A program made the position numbers and the translations under genes. A model generated the notes under the pieces. The model was not told the origin of the DNA. It made no database searches and saw nothing but the letters and a program-made list of their open reading frames with translations. Below are positions 40,901 through 63,787 of a DNA stretch of 64,000 bases, piece after piece. Origin of the DNA: Amoebidium appalachense (lineage: Eukaryota; Protista; Ichthyosporea). The stretch is taken from assembly GCA_963693365.1 (NCBI GenBank), contig CAVNZM010000007.1, positions 9,793,962 to 9,857,961 on the forward strand. Reading direction: 5' to 3'. How positions within the stretch are numbered: position 1 is the stretch's first letter; each line of letters opens with the position of its first letter.

Positions 40901-42024
40901 GCACACAGTGCCACCTATTACACATGCACACAGTGCCACCTATTACACGTGCACACAGTGCCACCTATTACACATGCACACAGTGCCACCTATTGCACGT
41001 GCACACAGTGCCACCTATTACACATGCACACAGTGCCACCTATTACACATGCACACAGTGCCACATTGCACGTGCACACAGTGCCACCTATTACACATGC
41101 ACACAGTGCCACCTATTACACGTGCACACAGTGCCACCTATTACACATGCACACAGTGCCACATTGCACGTGCACACAGTGCCACCTATTACACATGCAC
41201 ACAGTGCCACCTATTACACATGCACACAGTGCCACCTATTACACGTGCACACAGTGCCACCTATTACACGTGCACACAGTGCCACATTGCACGTGCACAC
41301 AGTGCCACCTATTACACATGCACACAGTGCCACCTATTACACGTGCACACAGTGCCACCTATTACACGTGCACACAGTGCCACCTATTACACGTGCACAC
41401 AGTGCCACCTATTACACATGCACACAGTGCCACCTATAACACATGCACACAGTGCCACCTATTACACATGCACACAGTGCCACCTATTACACATGCACAC
41501 AGTGCCACCTATTACACGTGCACACAGTGCCACCTATTACACATGCACACAGTGCCACCTATTACACGTGCACACAGTGCCACCTATTACACATGCACAC
41601 AGTGCCACCTATTACACATGCACACAGTGCCACATTGCACGTGCACACAGTGCCACCTATTACACATGCACACAGTGCCACCTATTACACGTGCACACAG
41701 TGCCACCTATTACACATGCACACAGTGCCACATTGCACGTGCACACAGTGCCACCTATTACACATGCACACAGTGCCACCTATTACACATGCACACAGTG
41801 ACACCACTTGCACCCCCCCCAGGCAGGTGATGGGCTCCGCAGGGCCATACGGGGGCCGACCCATGGCCATGCCACCCCCCGGGCAGGGGCCACCCCCCCA
41901 GGCCCACATGCCCATGAACCCGGCCGCATACCGCCGACCTTCCCAGTCGATGCCGCCCCCTGGGCCCCCCGGCCAGTATCCCCCCCAGCCTGTGGCACCA
42001 CCCCCCGGATACTACCGTCAGTAG
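23986..42024 (+). CDS. TFIIB-like protein (two cyclin-fold repeats, no zinc ribbon) with a long P/Q/G/M/Y-rich low-complexity C-terminus, ~1176 aa
   Basis: 23 phase-consistent GT-AG exons totalling 3531 nt: 23986-24034, 24820-24961, 25404-25448, 25637-25805, 26694-26925, 27190-27287, 27800-27891, 29295-29358, 29725-30064, 30466-30510, 30987-31180, 31434-32390, 32578-32638, 33265-33333, 33884-33945, 34474-34572, 35061-35174, 35408-35455, 36014-36109, 36702-36849, 37145-37270, 37758-37836, 41823-42024. The core AAALFIASRQEGIACTYKEISAVS, INRFCSHLQLP, GKCPVSVATAAI and EKEIVKVAHVSTTTVR parallels TFIIB [23 protein letters not shown] / SRFCSNLCLP / GRSPISVAAAAI / QKEIGDIAGVADVTIR. Confidence 0.75.
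25917..26064 (+). mobile_element. Dispersed C-tract-associated element, full-length subfamily A copy
   Basis: GGGGTCGAAACTCGGGTACTGTGGATGACGTGGCCCCCCCTGAGGATGGGCTCTGCCTATTATGCATACTC...GACGCATTCAACCCC, lying between two C runs. Confidence 0.75.
27947..28033 (+). mobile_element. Dispersed C-tract-associated element, truncated copy
   Basis: CATACTCTTTG...CTCTGCACTGTGTTGTCC...GTGTACTTTGTAC...ACATTCTACCC. Confidence 0.6.
37440..37566 (+). mobile_element. Dispersed C-tract-associated element, subfamily A, 5'-truncated
   Basis: GATGACGTGGGCCCCCCTGAGGATGGGCTCTGCTTATTATGCATACTC...GACGCATTCAAACCCC; closely similar to 25940-26064. Confidence 0.75.
38381..41800 (+). repeat. Tandem satellite, 25-bp unit AGTGCCACCTATTACAC(G/A)TGCACAC, ~3.4 kb, intronic
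   Basis: Directly visible array of roughly 140 units, interspersed with a 23-bp variant AGTGCCACATTGCACGTGCACAC. It lies in the last intron of the TFIIB-like gene. Confidence 0.97.
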
Positions 42025-43294
42025 TGAAATAGTGGGTGTTGCTGATGCTGTGATGTGTTGCTCGAATGCATGAATACGCATGGTGGAGCATGTTTTTTGA
42101 ACTTTTTCCGGTATTTTTTGTTGATTCTTGGGTTCAGCAGTCACCTTGGCCGATTCCGGTTTTTGTACATGTTGTTCTTCCTTGAAAAAGCCTATTACTG
42201 TATGTGAGTGGTAGCAAGGATTGCTTGGGGCAGGTTTGAATGTTAGATGCAGTGAGCTTGCACATGAATTTTGGAAGTTGTATTTAGATTACATTAGATT
42301 TCTATTTGGTACCTTGCACGAAACCAGTTGCCCGTATCTTAAATTCAACCTCAGAGTAATTATATATTTAGCTGACGAAGCTTGCAGTGCGAGAATTACT
42401 GTTCCGTCTTCCTTGTTGCAACTCTCCGTAAAGAGTATTGCACATGCAAACACATTAACAAACAGTGTAACACGCACGTGCATAGCACTTGAAGTGATTT
42501 TACCACCACAGCAACTACAAAAAAGTATTCAACGTTAACCTTTCGTATTCACAAGGCATTTCCAAGGCTCCTACATCTTCCCCTATCCGCCCTTCATGCA
42601 TGTAAATACAACCGGAACGAAACTGTGACCTCTGTACATGTTGTCAGCCGGCGGGTGTGTGGCTGTGCCATTCCTTGATTATGAATTTCAAATGCAGCTG
42701 TCGGGTATGAGCCCTATGCAGCAGGTATTGGCTATTATTTTTCAAGTGGGCCACACAGAGTATACTTGAGTCTTGCTGTGTTTGCAGGGTGCATGCGAGT
42801 TTAACACTTTGTGGGGTGTCCGTGTTACATGAGTGAAAGACTGAATCACGGTGACCATGTACGGCTAGGGTTTGTGACCATGTACGCCAAGTATATGTCA
42901 TGAAATCAAGTGTACATTGGATGGAATCTTGTGTAACAGAAGGGTAATCCCTCGCTTTTTAATGGGGCATGATGCATAATATGTATTGCGCTAGCCAATC
43001 GATCGATCATTCCACGCCCCAACTTTAATAAACGTGGGTATATTATGACCGTTTGCCATGTTTTCCACTGTGCACCTCCTATTCCGCCTCTGACTTCGAA
43101 TTCAGAGTCATTCTCCAGGACCTACGTATACACAATGTGCGTAGCATTCTTTTTTTTGTTTTTAGGGGCCCAAGGTTGCAATGATTCCGTCCTTTGGGAT
43201 ATTCAAATCCATCGATGATCGTAGTAGACTTTTGATCCCGGCCGGCGCCATCCTTCTCCCCCCCCCCCCCCCCCCCCCCACCCCACAAACACAA

Positions 43295-43395
43295 CACACA
43301 CACGCCACCCACCCGCCCAACCAAAGTGACACACACACACACACACGCACGCGCACACACAAACACACTAGCCCCCCACCCGCCCAACCACTGGT

Positions 43396-43430
<35 letters not shown>

Positions 43431-43531
43431 CACACACACGCCACCCACCCGCCCAACCAAAGTGACACACACACACACACACGCACGCGCACACACAAAC
43501 ACACTAGCCCCCCACCCGCCCAACCACTGGT

Positions 43532-43579
<48 letters not shown>

Positions 43580-43600
43580 ACCCACCTGCCCAACCACTGG

Positions 43601-43635
<35 letters not shown>

Positions 43636-43660
43636 CACACACACACACACACACACACCA
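43295..43660. repeat. Compound minisatellite: core CCACCCGCCCAACCA x5 alternating with (CA)n
   Basis: Two near-identical ~135-bp blocks (starting ~43300 and ~43437) plus a partial third. Confidence 0.8.
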
Positions 43661-44404
43661 CTCAATTTTAAGTGCTATACGTGTACACACACACACGTAA
43701 CACATACACCACCCACCCAAAGTGCCATACACACAGTGTCACACACACCTCCCACACACACACCACCCACACACAAAAGTACACAAACAAACACATTTGA
43801 TAAATCGGTGAAGCCTCGAACGTCTTCCGAAGACCTTCTATGAATCACTAAGACCCATGGTGTGCACTTCACCAGCACATTCACACACGTGCACGTACTC
43901 AAAGAAAAGGAGTTGATCCGAACATGAAGTTGGGTTACTGTGATCATGAGCTAATCAAATACTAGCCGTTTCACAGCATTGTCACATTCGTTCGGGATCA
44001 TTCCTCCCCCAAGTTAGACCTATACAGTAAACTATCAGTAACCCCAAGTGCCGTGCATGCACGGCAGTCATTGCGTATGTTTCTACCGATTCCCATCAAG
44101 TGACTGTCCAAAGCACTCAACGATATCACAGGGTACATTCACCGTTTTCAGGTGTTCAACTTGGCCGTCTTTGGTTGGAGGGTATGCTGGTGACAGAAGC
44201 GCAGGCACTACATATTGCAATAGCTGCCATGCCCTCGTAAAAACAAAAAACTCATTTAGGCATATGCCTATGAGCTATACAAGTAGTGGCGCGCATGTCG
44301 TGTGCACGTAATCATCCAGCGCGGCTATGTCATGGTTTACCTGGTGCAAGGAGGGGCATTTTTACGGGCCAGCCTATGCTATTTTAAACACATAAAACAC
44401 AAGG

Positions 44405-45113
44405 TTAATGTGCGGCAGGTGCCCACGCCGGCAGCGAGATTGTGTCAGGGCTCACTGCCGGCCTCGACGTCCACCGCGCAAATAGAGCACTGGTGCGCCC
44501 CAGCCCCTTGGGTTGTACCTCGCATCCCATGTTGGCCCACATGTGTGTGTCCTCATATCCCCAGCTGTAGAGTCGTCTCAGATCCTCGGGTCCCGGTGGC
44601 ATCACAAACCACCACCACGGCACAGCATGCTTGCACTTGATGTCGGCTGAAGAGTGGGGCCGGGGGGAAATGGTGACGGTGTGAACGTCAATGATTGGTT
44701 GATTATCAGTCACCCCACCGTCAACCGCCCAATGGCCATCGTCCATTTTTCGAGGCAGGCCCGTGATTGGTGGAATTGTGCATGATGCCATCAGTGCGGT
44801 TCTCAATTGGGCGTATGTTTCGAAATGTCGCAGCCGTAGGGGGGTGTTCGGCAGTGCAGACACTGCAATCTCTAACCTGCATCCACCGTTTGGTTCGTAT
44901 ACTTTAGTGGGGTAATTAAATTTTCAATTGCGAACTTGCATGTGACCTTCTCACTCTTCTACACAGAGCCCTTGCCTCCCCTTTACATAAACGCTTGTTT
45001 ACCACGCATTCCCCAAACACCCCTCCCTCCCTCCGCGGCCCCACCCCTGATGCACGCCTCGCCTGTCTTTCGAATTCAACCCCTCTTCCCCCCCGTCCCC
45101 TCCCCCCCCTCCC

Positions 45114-45167
<54 letters not shown>

Positions 45168-45330
45168 AAAAAAAAAAACCACCATCGAAAAAAAGGAGAA
45201 GAAAACGTGAAGATGGCAGAAAGCCTGTGTTGGCTGAAGCCCTTTTCCACCACCCACACAAACGCTTTGATGCCCCCCCCCCCCTCCCCCCCCCCCCCCC
45301 TCCCCCCCCCCTCCACCACCACCACCACCA

Positions 45331-45400
<70 letters not shown>

Positions 45401-45852
45401 ACACACACACACGGAGAGGGGTGCGTAGCGCATTTCTTGTGCAATATTGATGGTGCAAAATAAATTATGACCCCCACCTCCACCCCTCCCTCGGAGTCCC
45501 CCGCCTCCCCCCTTCCGCACTCCGGCACACACACACCAATGAAGGAAAAGAAACAAAAAAAATAACAGGGAGGCTAGGCAAAACGACTAAAACTTTCTGA
45601 GAATCAAGAATATGCCGGAGAGAAATAATTTATGAAACAATCATGAACATGGCCCTTGATCTCAGTAGTAAGCGCCAAAAAAAAGGCGAGTGTCACGGTG
45701 ACCTACGATCATGCTTCAAAACAGGTATGGGACTATTATTATAGCTGGTGTCATGCAATTATTTCAAAATGACCCTCACCTGTCGTTTAGGGCATCCTGA
45801 TAGAGATGAAAATGTGGACCTATGTGCTTATCAACCATGTCCTCAAGACTGC

Positions 45853-45915
<63 letters not shown>

Positions 45916-46946
45916 GCGTATGTGTGTGTCACGTGTGCGCTAGCGCGTGAGCGTGCATCTGTGTGTATGTGTCAGAGTGCGTGTCGGTGTGCGAGTGGGG
46001 GGTGCGCTGGCCACGTGTGTGTGAGTGTGAGCAGACGTGTGTGAGGGTTGTGTAGTGGTGGTAGTGACTGTGGTTGTGTACTGTGTGTGTGTGCGCGGGA
46101 CGGAGTGACGGGATGGGGTGTGGGTGGTGGTGGTGGTGGTGGTGATGGTGGTGAGAGGGGGGGGGGAGGAGGTTCAGTACGTTCTTCGAAAGAAAAACAA
46201 ACGATTTGCAGCGTTAATCAAAGTTGTTAGTGAAACCAGAATGGTTGGTGAGAAATCTGTGAAATCGGCCAAGGGCAGTCTGTGCTACATAGAGCAAGTC
46301 CAATGGCTTAGGTTTAGGGATTGACAAAAGTGCGTACACAGGTTTTGACGGGGAAAAACGCCAGCACTCATGATTTTAACGGGAAAAGCCGTATCGATTG
46401 AATAAGAGCCAAAGAAAATTATAGCACCAGTTACTTTCGCGCTCACACAAGCCATATCTCTTCGAACCTTGGATCTATGCACCACTACTACGGTACTGTG
46501 CATCATTGTGGGATTGACTTCTCGTTGTCCAATTCCTGAACTATGATCGGCATGGGCGCAGCGTGCAGGATGTCTGAAACATTAGAGGAATACCTTCTCA
46601 TGGTCATCAACTTTTTCTTGTTCTTCCTCAATTCCTCGCTAGATCTTATAGTGTCTTCCAAAAATGCCTCAAAATCTGCTTCAATAATGAGCCCCGCACA
46701 CACCAACGCCCCGGCAGATGCCCCTGCAAATCGTGCAGAGGAGGCCAATCCTCTCTCTTGCAGTGCTTTAGCTACGCCATAATGGTAAACTTTGAGCCAT
46801 CCTGCGCCAGAAAATGAAAAGGTGTGGTGGTTGTGCTCTGCACCTGGCCGGCAAGCCTTGCGATTACCAAATTCAAAATAACGAGACATGGATTTGAACG
46901 CCTGAGTGGAGCCTAATGTTTGCACTGCATTTGGAGCAATGGACAT
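44405..46946 (-). CDS. Patatin-like phospholipase/lipase (PNPLA family), 3 coding exons
   Basis: Phase-consistent exons 46946-46594, 45851-45780 and 44876-44405; the start could be an upstream in-frame ATG up to 47015. Motifs: FSFSGAGWLKVYHYG (glycine-rich loop), GASAG (nucleophile Ser), ALMASCTIP and VDGG (catalytic Asp). Confidence 0.88.
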
Positions 46947-47179
46947 ACATGCGGCTTGTGAAGCAGCAGCTAACGGACTAAGAGGCCCCATATTGTAGTT
47001 GTAAACGACAAACATAAATTTATGTAGAGGTTGTAACTATTCATAGACAAAGTTATGACATTTATAAACTGTGTATAAGTGTAACAAGTTGCTATCCTCT
47101 TTCTGCAGTAGCAGCTAAGACCCATCACTCTTTGTTCGTTGTTGTGCTTTTTGGTGCGCATTTTCCAGTTGAAGACGAT

Positions 47180-47252
47180 GGCGATTGGTCGCAAAGTGAC
47201 GTTGTGAGTCAACGTTGATTGGCTACGAGGCGTCGCAAAAATATGATTGGTA
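47180..47252 (-). promoter_or_regulatory. Triple CCAAT box upstream of the patatin-like gene
   Basis: GATTGG three times (ATTGG at 47184, 47218, 47246), with a TGACGT CRE-like site at ~47197. Confidence 0.45.
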
Positions 47253-47670
47253 GATCTTAGTAAGTCTAGACTTTATTTGCCAATCATATTGTCAAGCTTG
47301 ACTGGGGGCAAAGTTTTTGTTCAGTTGTTCCAAGTTCCAACTTCCTTGAAGCACAGGCTGCACACTGCTGACTCAGGCCACGGCCAAGTGCCCACTTTTC
47401 ATTATTCAATTTCATTTGGTTTGCCAAGGTTATTCAATAGTGTACAGCACCAAGCAGCACCTATATATACACGCAGTTTCCAATGGTAGAGAGATACGAA
47501 TGCCGTATTATCAGAGATGTGGGACACAACTGAACAAGGTTAGCACACAAAGCTCTCTCGGAGAAGCCTCCGGGCAGACGAGAGATCCGTCATGCACTGG
47601 CTAATATCTAACACGTACTGACGTGTTGCCGCACGTGCGACGTTTTAACATCTACTTAGGCGTCCCTTTT

Positions 47671-47708
<38 letters not shown>

Positions 47709-48628
47709 AGACACCGCCTCAGTAGGTGGTAGGGCTAATATTGCATGTCATTACCTTGCATACAATGGCAGTCACGGTGCCCGTGGATATAATAAAACAA
47801 TAAAAACAGTAGGAATATAGATATATTTTAAGATATTTTAAGAAAAAGTAGGAATATACTTTAAATCAAGATCTTCAGGAGATTGGGGGAACTAGTACTT
47901 CTGGGCATGCACATGCATGCAAGTTGAAAGTGGTGGGTAGCCACAGATTCTGTGGTACAGCTGATTCGGGTCGATGTAGAAGATAGCAGTACCCTTTGTT
48001 CTGCGGTACTGGTCTAAACCTTCTTTTTAGTGCATTTATTGCACATGTTTGTATTCAGAGGTTGCCTTCAAATGATATCGATACGTATCATGTCCGTCCC
48101 ATAATACTGTGACACTGCATATGTATATTAATTCGCAACCTGCATAACAATTAAGAAAAACAGTTGGGATGGCGGTGGTGTGGCTTGGGTTGAGAGGCAA
48201 TACAACTATTTTGGTGGTTTTTAGTAGGCTAGAGAGCATAAGACTATTAACAGTGGCAAGTCCCAGGTGAATGCCCCCGGTACGAACGGTAGAATTCTAA
48301 GGCGCGAACTGTCTGGTGGCTGAAATAATTTCCCAAACACATGTACAATTGCCATTTACGATGCCAGGGTCAGAGTAGAAAACAAAAAGCAAAAACAAGA
48401 AGTGTTGTAGAAACGAGAAGGCAACTAAATCTATGATAAAAGATAAGCATTCATGCGGCTATTTATAATGGCTGCACCGTGAATTCCATGAAGTCACGTG
48501 TGCTAGACTACCAACGGTCTGTACAGTGCATCAAACATACGGAAGATTGCGTGTGCATGCACCTGTAGAAGTATCTTGTGCATGCCCCCCTCCAGGCATA
48601 CGCCGACACCCAAGAGGTCAGCTCAGCA

Positions 48629-59286
<10,658 letters not shown>

Positions 59287-60310
59287 GGCTGCACCCCTGC
59301 CACTGAAAGGAATACCCATGAGAAAATGTCTTATTAGACATATACAGTGCATTACACAGTTACGACAAGGATGTATATATACATAGTTATGGAACATATG
59401 TGCCTAGCTATAGCTCATACAGACATATATGAGCCATATCCCCCAAAAAAGAAAAACCGTGGCACATTAGAAGTAGGAATAACCCATAACACCCAACTCT
59501 GGCTCACTGCGAGCGACGTATCTTTCAGGAGGGCTATCCGTGGAGTGTGCACAAGCTGAATGTGATGGTAATGGTTGCAATTATGTGTCCTGTCTATCTC
59601 AGGTCCGCTTGAATCCGTCGTGTGTGCAAGTGTAGATGTTGGTCTTTGTTCGCGTTCTGAAAATGGATGTTTGCATAAGGATGTGTGCAAAACTGCACGT
59701 ACCTATTCACATGCTCGTGCACGCACATGGAAATGGGAGTGTGTGCATTATGCATGTAAGGTATGCCGTGTTTAGTACAATGTGCTGTGTGTGTATATGC
59801 CTCTGCCTGTGTGCAGGTGTGTATGTGTATTAGTATGCTGTGCGGTGCTGTATGTCTGTGTCGGTGTGTGTAATCGTGTATCTGTGTGTGTTTGATAAAC
59901 TCTGCTGTGTGTGTTTGTGTGTCTGTCAATCGGTCTGTTTACATGCATGCGCGCGCGTGTGTGTTGGGGGGTGAGGGGGGAGAAAGAGGGGGGGGGAGGG
60001 GGGGGGGGCTGCATATTTATTGTGCCCGGGTGCACGTGTTTGTAAGTGTGTACGTGTTGTACCACAAGGGGCACGGGGGCCGAGCTGGGGAAGGAGAAGA
60101 GGGGGAGGGGAGGAGGAGGGGAAGGGGGAAAGGAGGGGGGGCGAGGGGGGGGGAGGGACAAGAATGAAACAACCGGACACCTGGCGTAAAGTAGCAGAAT
60201 GAAGCACAGGGCATAAAAAGTCTAAGCTGAGCGAACAGGTGTGCAAAACACACTGAAGTAAGAATCCCCTCTCTCCCCCCCCCCCCCCCCCTCCCCCCTC
60301 TCTCCCCCCC

Positions 60311-60364
<54 letters not shown>

Positions 60365-61646
60365 CGGGCAAGTGTGGATGCTTACCTCTGGCCCGCCCCT
60401 TTCTAAGCGCCGCCTTGGCAGTGCAATGCTCTGTAAGACCAACCCGTATGAGTGGACAAGACGGTGTCTTATTCAAGTTTTCAAACTCTATAATCCAGAA
60501 CTGCACACGATGATTTGCACTTTCATCAGTGCATTTCATCAGCACACCATACTTGCTGTGGATTAAAAACTGGAATCCTAAACTCAGGGGCACACTGCTC
60601 TCGTTTATTGTCGAACCAACAGAAAAATTGCAATAAACCGAAAACAACTGAGCAATGGTCCCAGCCTCCATATTACTTTGAAATAGCTAGGATGGTTCGA
60701 GAACCACTCTCGTTGATGTGATTCTGTGCACAAAAGCTGCCGTGTTGCCTCTTTTGTCTCTATGTGGCGCCACACATGTCTTTTTCAACCACCCCATAAG
60801 AACCTATACAGCAGCGCGTATGCTTAAGCGAAGAATAAAGCGGATAGGGCTTGAAGGGAGGGGAGGGGATGGACGGGGAAGGGGGGGGGGGGGGAGGGGG
60901 GAGGCGGGAGGTGACAGGGTACGACGGTAAGAGGGTCGGGGGAGGGGGGGGGGGAAGGGGGGAGGGGGGGGCGGGAGGGGGGAGGGAAGTGGGGGGCGTG
61001 TGAGTCTATGCTAACCCCCAAAAAGAGCTTTATAGTTGCTCCCCATCCCGACGTACTGTTATAAGCACTCACCGCAGCACGTTACGGCCACACACACACC
61101 ATACTCGATGCCTGCTTGCAAGAACGCCTTGGAAATAACTGCCTCTCCTCACGGAGAATGCTCCCCTAAAAAACTGACCCCAGAAACGACAAACATGCAT
61201 CCACGACAAATCGCTAAAGCAATACAACGAACTCCGAGCAAATTCAAAAAAAACATGCTCTCTACGGTTCTCAAAAGACGGCCGCAGTGATCATCGAAAA
61301 GGTGCGCGAGTTTTTATCTCCAAGGAAAAAATGAGCACAACCATTTCATATCTTCCTCTTGAACAGTGCACATATAATTCTATTTTAGCTAAAGAGAATT
61401 TCTATTAGTCTAGCACGCATCATGCGAATACACTGTTCACGTATATGCGGATTTCACTGCCAAACGCCCTGTGACACCGAGATCTGTATTTTAGTTTTAC
61501 GCGGTGAGTTTTGAGACTTTTATCTAGTGCAAAACGACAACAACATACGGCAATTCAGCACGATTCAAGGTCGCACCAGCAGAATGCAGTGGCAAAGCTC
61601 ATGAGCCTCTGTCAGAGGTCACAACAAAACGGTATGTGGTGGTTCG

Positions 61647-61827
61647 GTGCATCCATGATTGTCGGGGAGCGTTTCGTAACCAGTTTCCAGGAATGACGGC
61701 CTCACCGCACCACCACGGTTTATCCTTAAACGATCTTGGTGTGCATCCATGATTGTCGGGGAGCGTTTCGTAACCAGTTTCCAGGAATGCCTCACGGCAC
61801 CACCACGGTTTATTCTTAAACGATCTT
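61647..61827 (+). repeat. Direct tandem duplication (~90 bp x2) covering the start of the APH-like pseudogene
   Basis: GTGCATCCATGATTGTCGGGGAGCG...TTAAACGATCTT occurs at 61647-61737 and 61741-61827 with few differences. Confidence 0.92.
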
Positions 61828-62880
61828 ACAGCCACCCATCTTGTACGCAAGCACGGGATAGCAGAGGAGGCCGATACGGTCACCGAGCTACCACCTGGCT
61901 TCAATAACAAAGTCTACCTGGTCACAACTACGGAACTAGTAACAGAGGTAGTTGTTAGGCTCACCAAGGAATCATGGCCAAAGGAAAAGATAACAGCAGA
62001 GCTTTCTGCACTGCTTTATGTAGACCGAAACACCAATATTCCAGTTCCCAAAATTCTTGGGTGGAGCGAAGATGTAGCTACATCCGGTGGTTGGCGCCCG
62101 ATACATTCTCTTGGAGAAAGTCGAGGGAGAGGTATTGGCTACGGCCTGGCCCCCTCTTGCACATGAAACAAGGAAAGAATTTCTAAAACAGGTTACAGAC
62201 ATCGTCTATCAGCTTCAGCAGTGCCGATTTTCGGGTATAGGTGGCCTCGTTCTTCGGCCAGCACCGGAAACGACATCGTAGTTGGTTCATACTTCGACCT
62301 GCAGAGGGGGCCGTTTAAACATGCACAAGAGTGGCTGGATGCACTGTGGGCTAGAAAGGCGAGGGAAATAGAGGCAGACAGTGAGCCTGTTAGGCTGCTG
62401 TTGGCACCATACAGTGAGGCCGTCCAGCAGCACATTGCCCACACTTATCCCGGTGAAGGAAAACCTGAGACCAGCATTCTTTTCCATGGTGATTTCAATT
62501 TTCGAAACATGCTTGTGCAGGCCGGGAGAATAACAGCTGTGCTGGACTGGGAATGGGCAGGTGCCTTCCCCCTTTCTCGCGAATGGATTAACGGACTGGA
62601 GGAGTTGTGGGAGTACTCCTCTTTGCAAGGTCCCTTGCCAGTGGCTTTTTCGAACGACGAAAACCCCGAAGACACGCAGGAAATTTTCTTGTCTCTGTGC
62701 AGGAGCAGGGGTGTGGCGCTACCGGAAAGTTTGCCTGGGTTTAGCAAAATCAGGCTGGCTCACGAGCTTGTAGAAGCACTTAGGCCGTGGGAGATAGGCT
62801 GCTTTGGGCCTGAAGGAGACCTCAAGTATGCACAGAAAGCAGTAGAAAAGTTGGAACGATTGCTGCAGGATCAAAACTAG
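61749..62880 (+). pseudogene. APH/choline-kinase-like phosphotransferase, intronless, frameshifted
   Basis: Kinase-like motifs are split across frames. GFNNKVYLV...VVVRL...E...NTNIPVPKILGW is in one frame, YILLEKVEG...FSGIGGL follows a shift near 62085, and GPF...LFHGDFNFRNMLV...AVLDWEWAG follows a shift near 62265. A further shift near 61818 is needed to reach the ATG at 61749. Confidence 0.75.
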
Positions 62881-63787
62881 TCCATAGTAGCAGCTGTTGC
62901 TGCACCGATATATAGTACCTTGGCGAAGGTTTTTTCTGAAAGTAGGGTGTATATGGATATTCCTATTTTTTATTGTTTTACTTGAACAATACGCTAAACG
63001 ACTCGTATGGGGCAGAGTGGGTTCAAGTTATGCCTGCCTGTACGGAACACAAATACAGCTGCTCAGAGAGGGCATGCTTGTGATGAGGGTTTCGCATTTG
63101 TCCTCCTGCGTGACCTAGCGGCTGCCCAAGCTGTTAGTAGCCTCGTTGCTGTATCGTAAGATAACATAGGTGTGCCGGACTGGTGCCGCATGCAAACTGT
63201 GACGATAGCTACCCTTCTAGGGAAGTGGTTTAAAGTATTCATACGAAGCACTTCACTATGTATGGTCGCCAATTCGCTCCGACCCCCCCCCCCCACCACC
63301 ACCACCACCACCACCACCCCTCCTCGCCACACGTGCACTTGTACACTGCCCCCTCCCCCCCCCCCCCCCCCTTTTCTGATTCCCTGCCGAGTCAATGCCA
63401 ACCTGCCCGCTCGGGCCTTTCAAACCAAGATCCCATCAGGATCCGTACAGTTATTTACTTCGGAACACAAACACACGCAACATGGCTAGTATCCAGGTTT
63501 AGAAAGCCGTAGTGCTCACAGCAGCACATACTTATATCCAGATAACACTGAACGTAGTCTCACTGATGCAAACAGTTTCGTGCAGTACATAAATTTGTGC
63601 GGTTTGCTTGCGTCTGATAATTGAGCACACGGGCAAGATTTTACACGGCCACTCCACCTCCAACAGTGGAGGATATCCCCAATAGCTGAAGTCATACCGG
63701 CTCACCGACCGGGGGTCCCGACACAAAGAGAGTACATGATGCATAACCAAAAAAAAACAAAAAAAACAAAAACAAAAACAAAAGCAC

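Noticed and set aside
38381-41800. Possible CRISPR array
   Set aside because: The units are head-to-tail with no unique spacers, the context is eukaryotic, and there are no cas genes.
38232-41830. ORFs of 846-1189 aa rich in Cys/His (HSATYYTCTQCHLL...) that resemble multi-heme or zinc-finger repeats
   Set aside because: All three + frames are open only because the 25-bp satellite unit has no stop codon. The CTQCH motif is a by-product, and the array lies inside a phase-consistent intron.
47675-47706. Poly-A run as the possible 3' end of a retroposon
   Set aside because: No TSD or related copy is visible, and A runs are common in this window.
61749-62280. Programmed ribosomal frameshifting in the APH-like gene
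   Set aside because: The shifts are of different sign and have no slippery heptamer or stimulatory structure; decay or assembly error is simpler.
63200-63700. SECIS candidates in the 3' flank of the SelJ-like gene (minus-strand RTGA motifs near 63515 and 63252)
   Set aside because: Neither has the 3' GA and helix II pairing needed for the kink-turn core.
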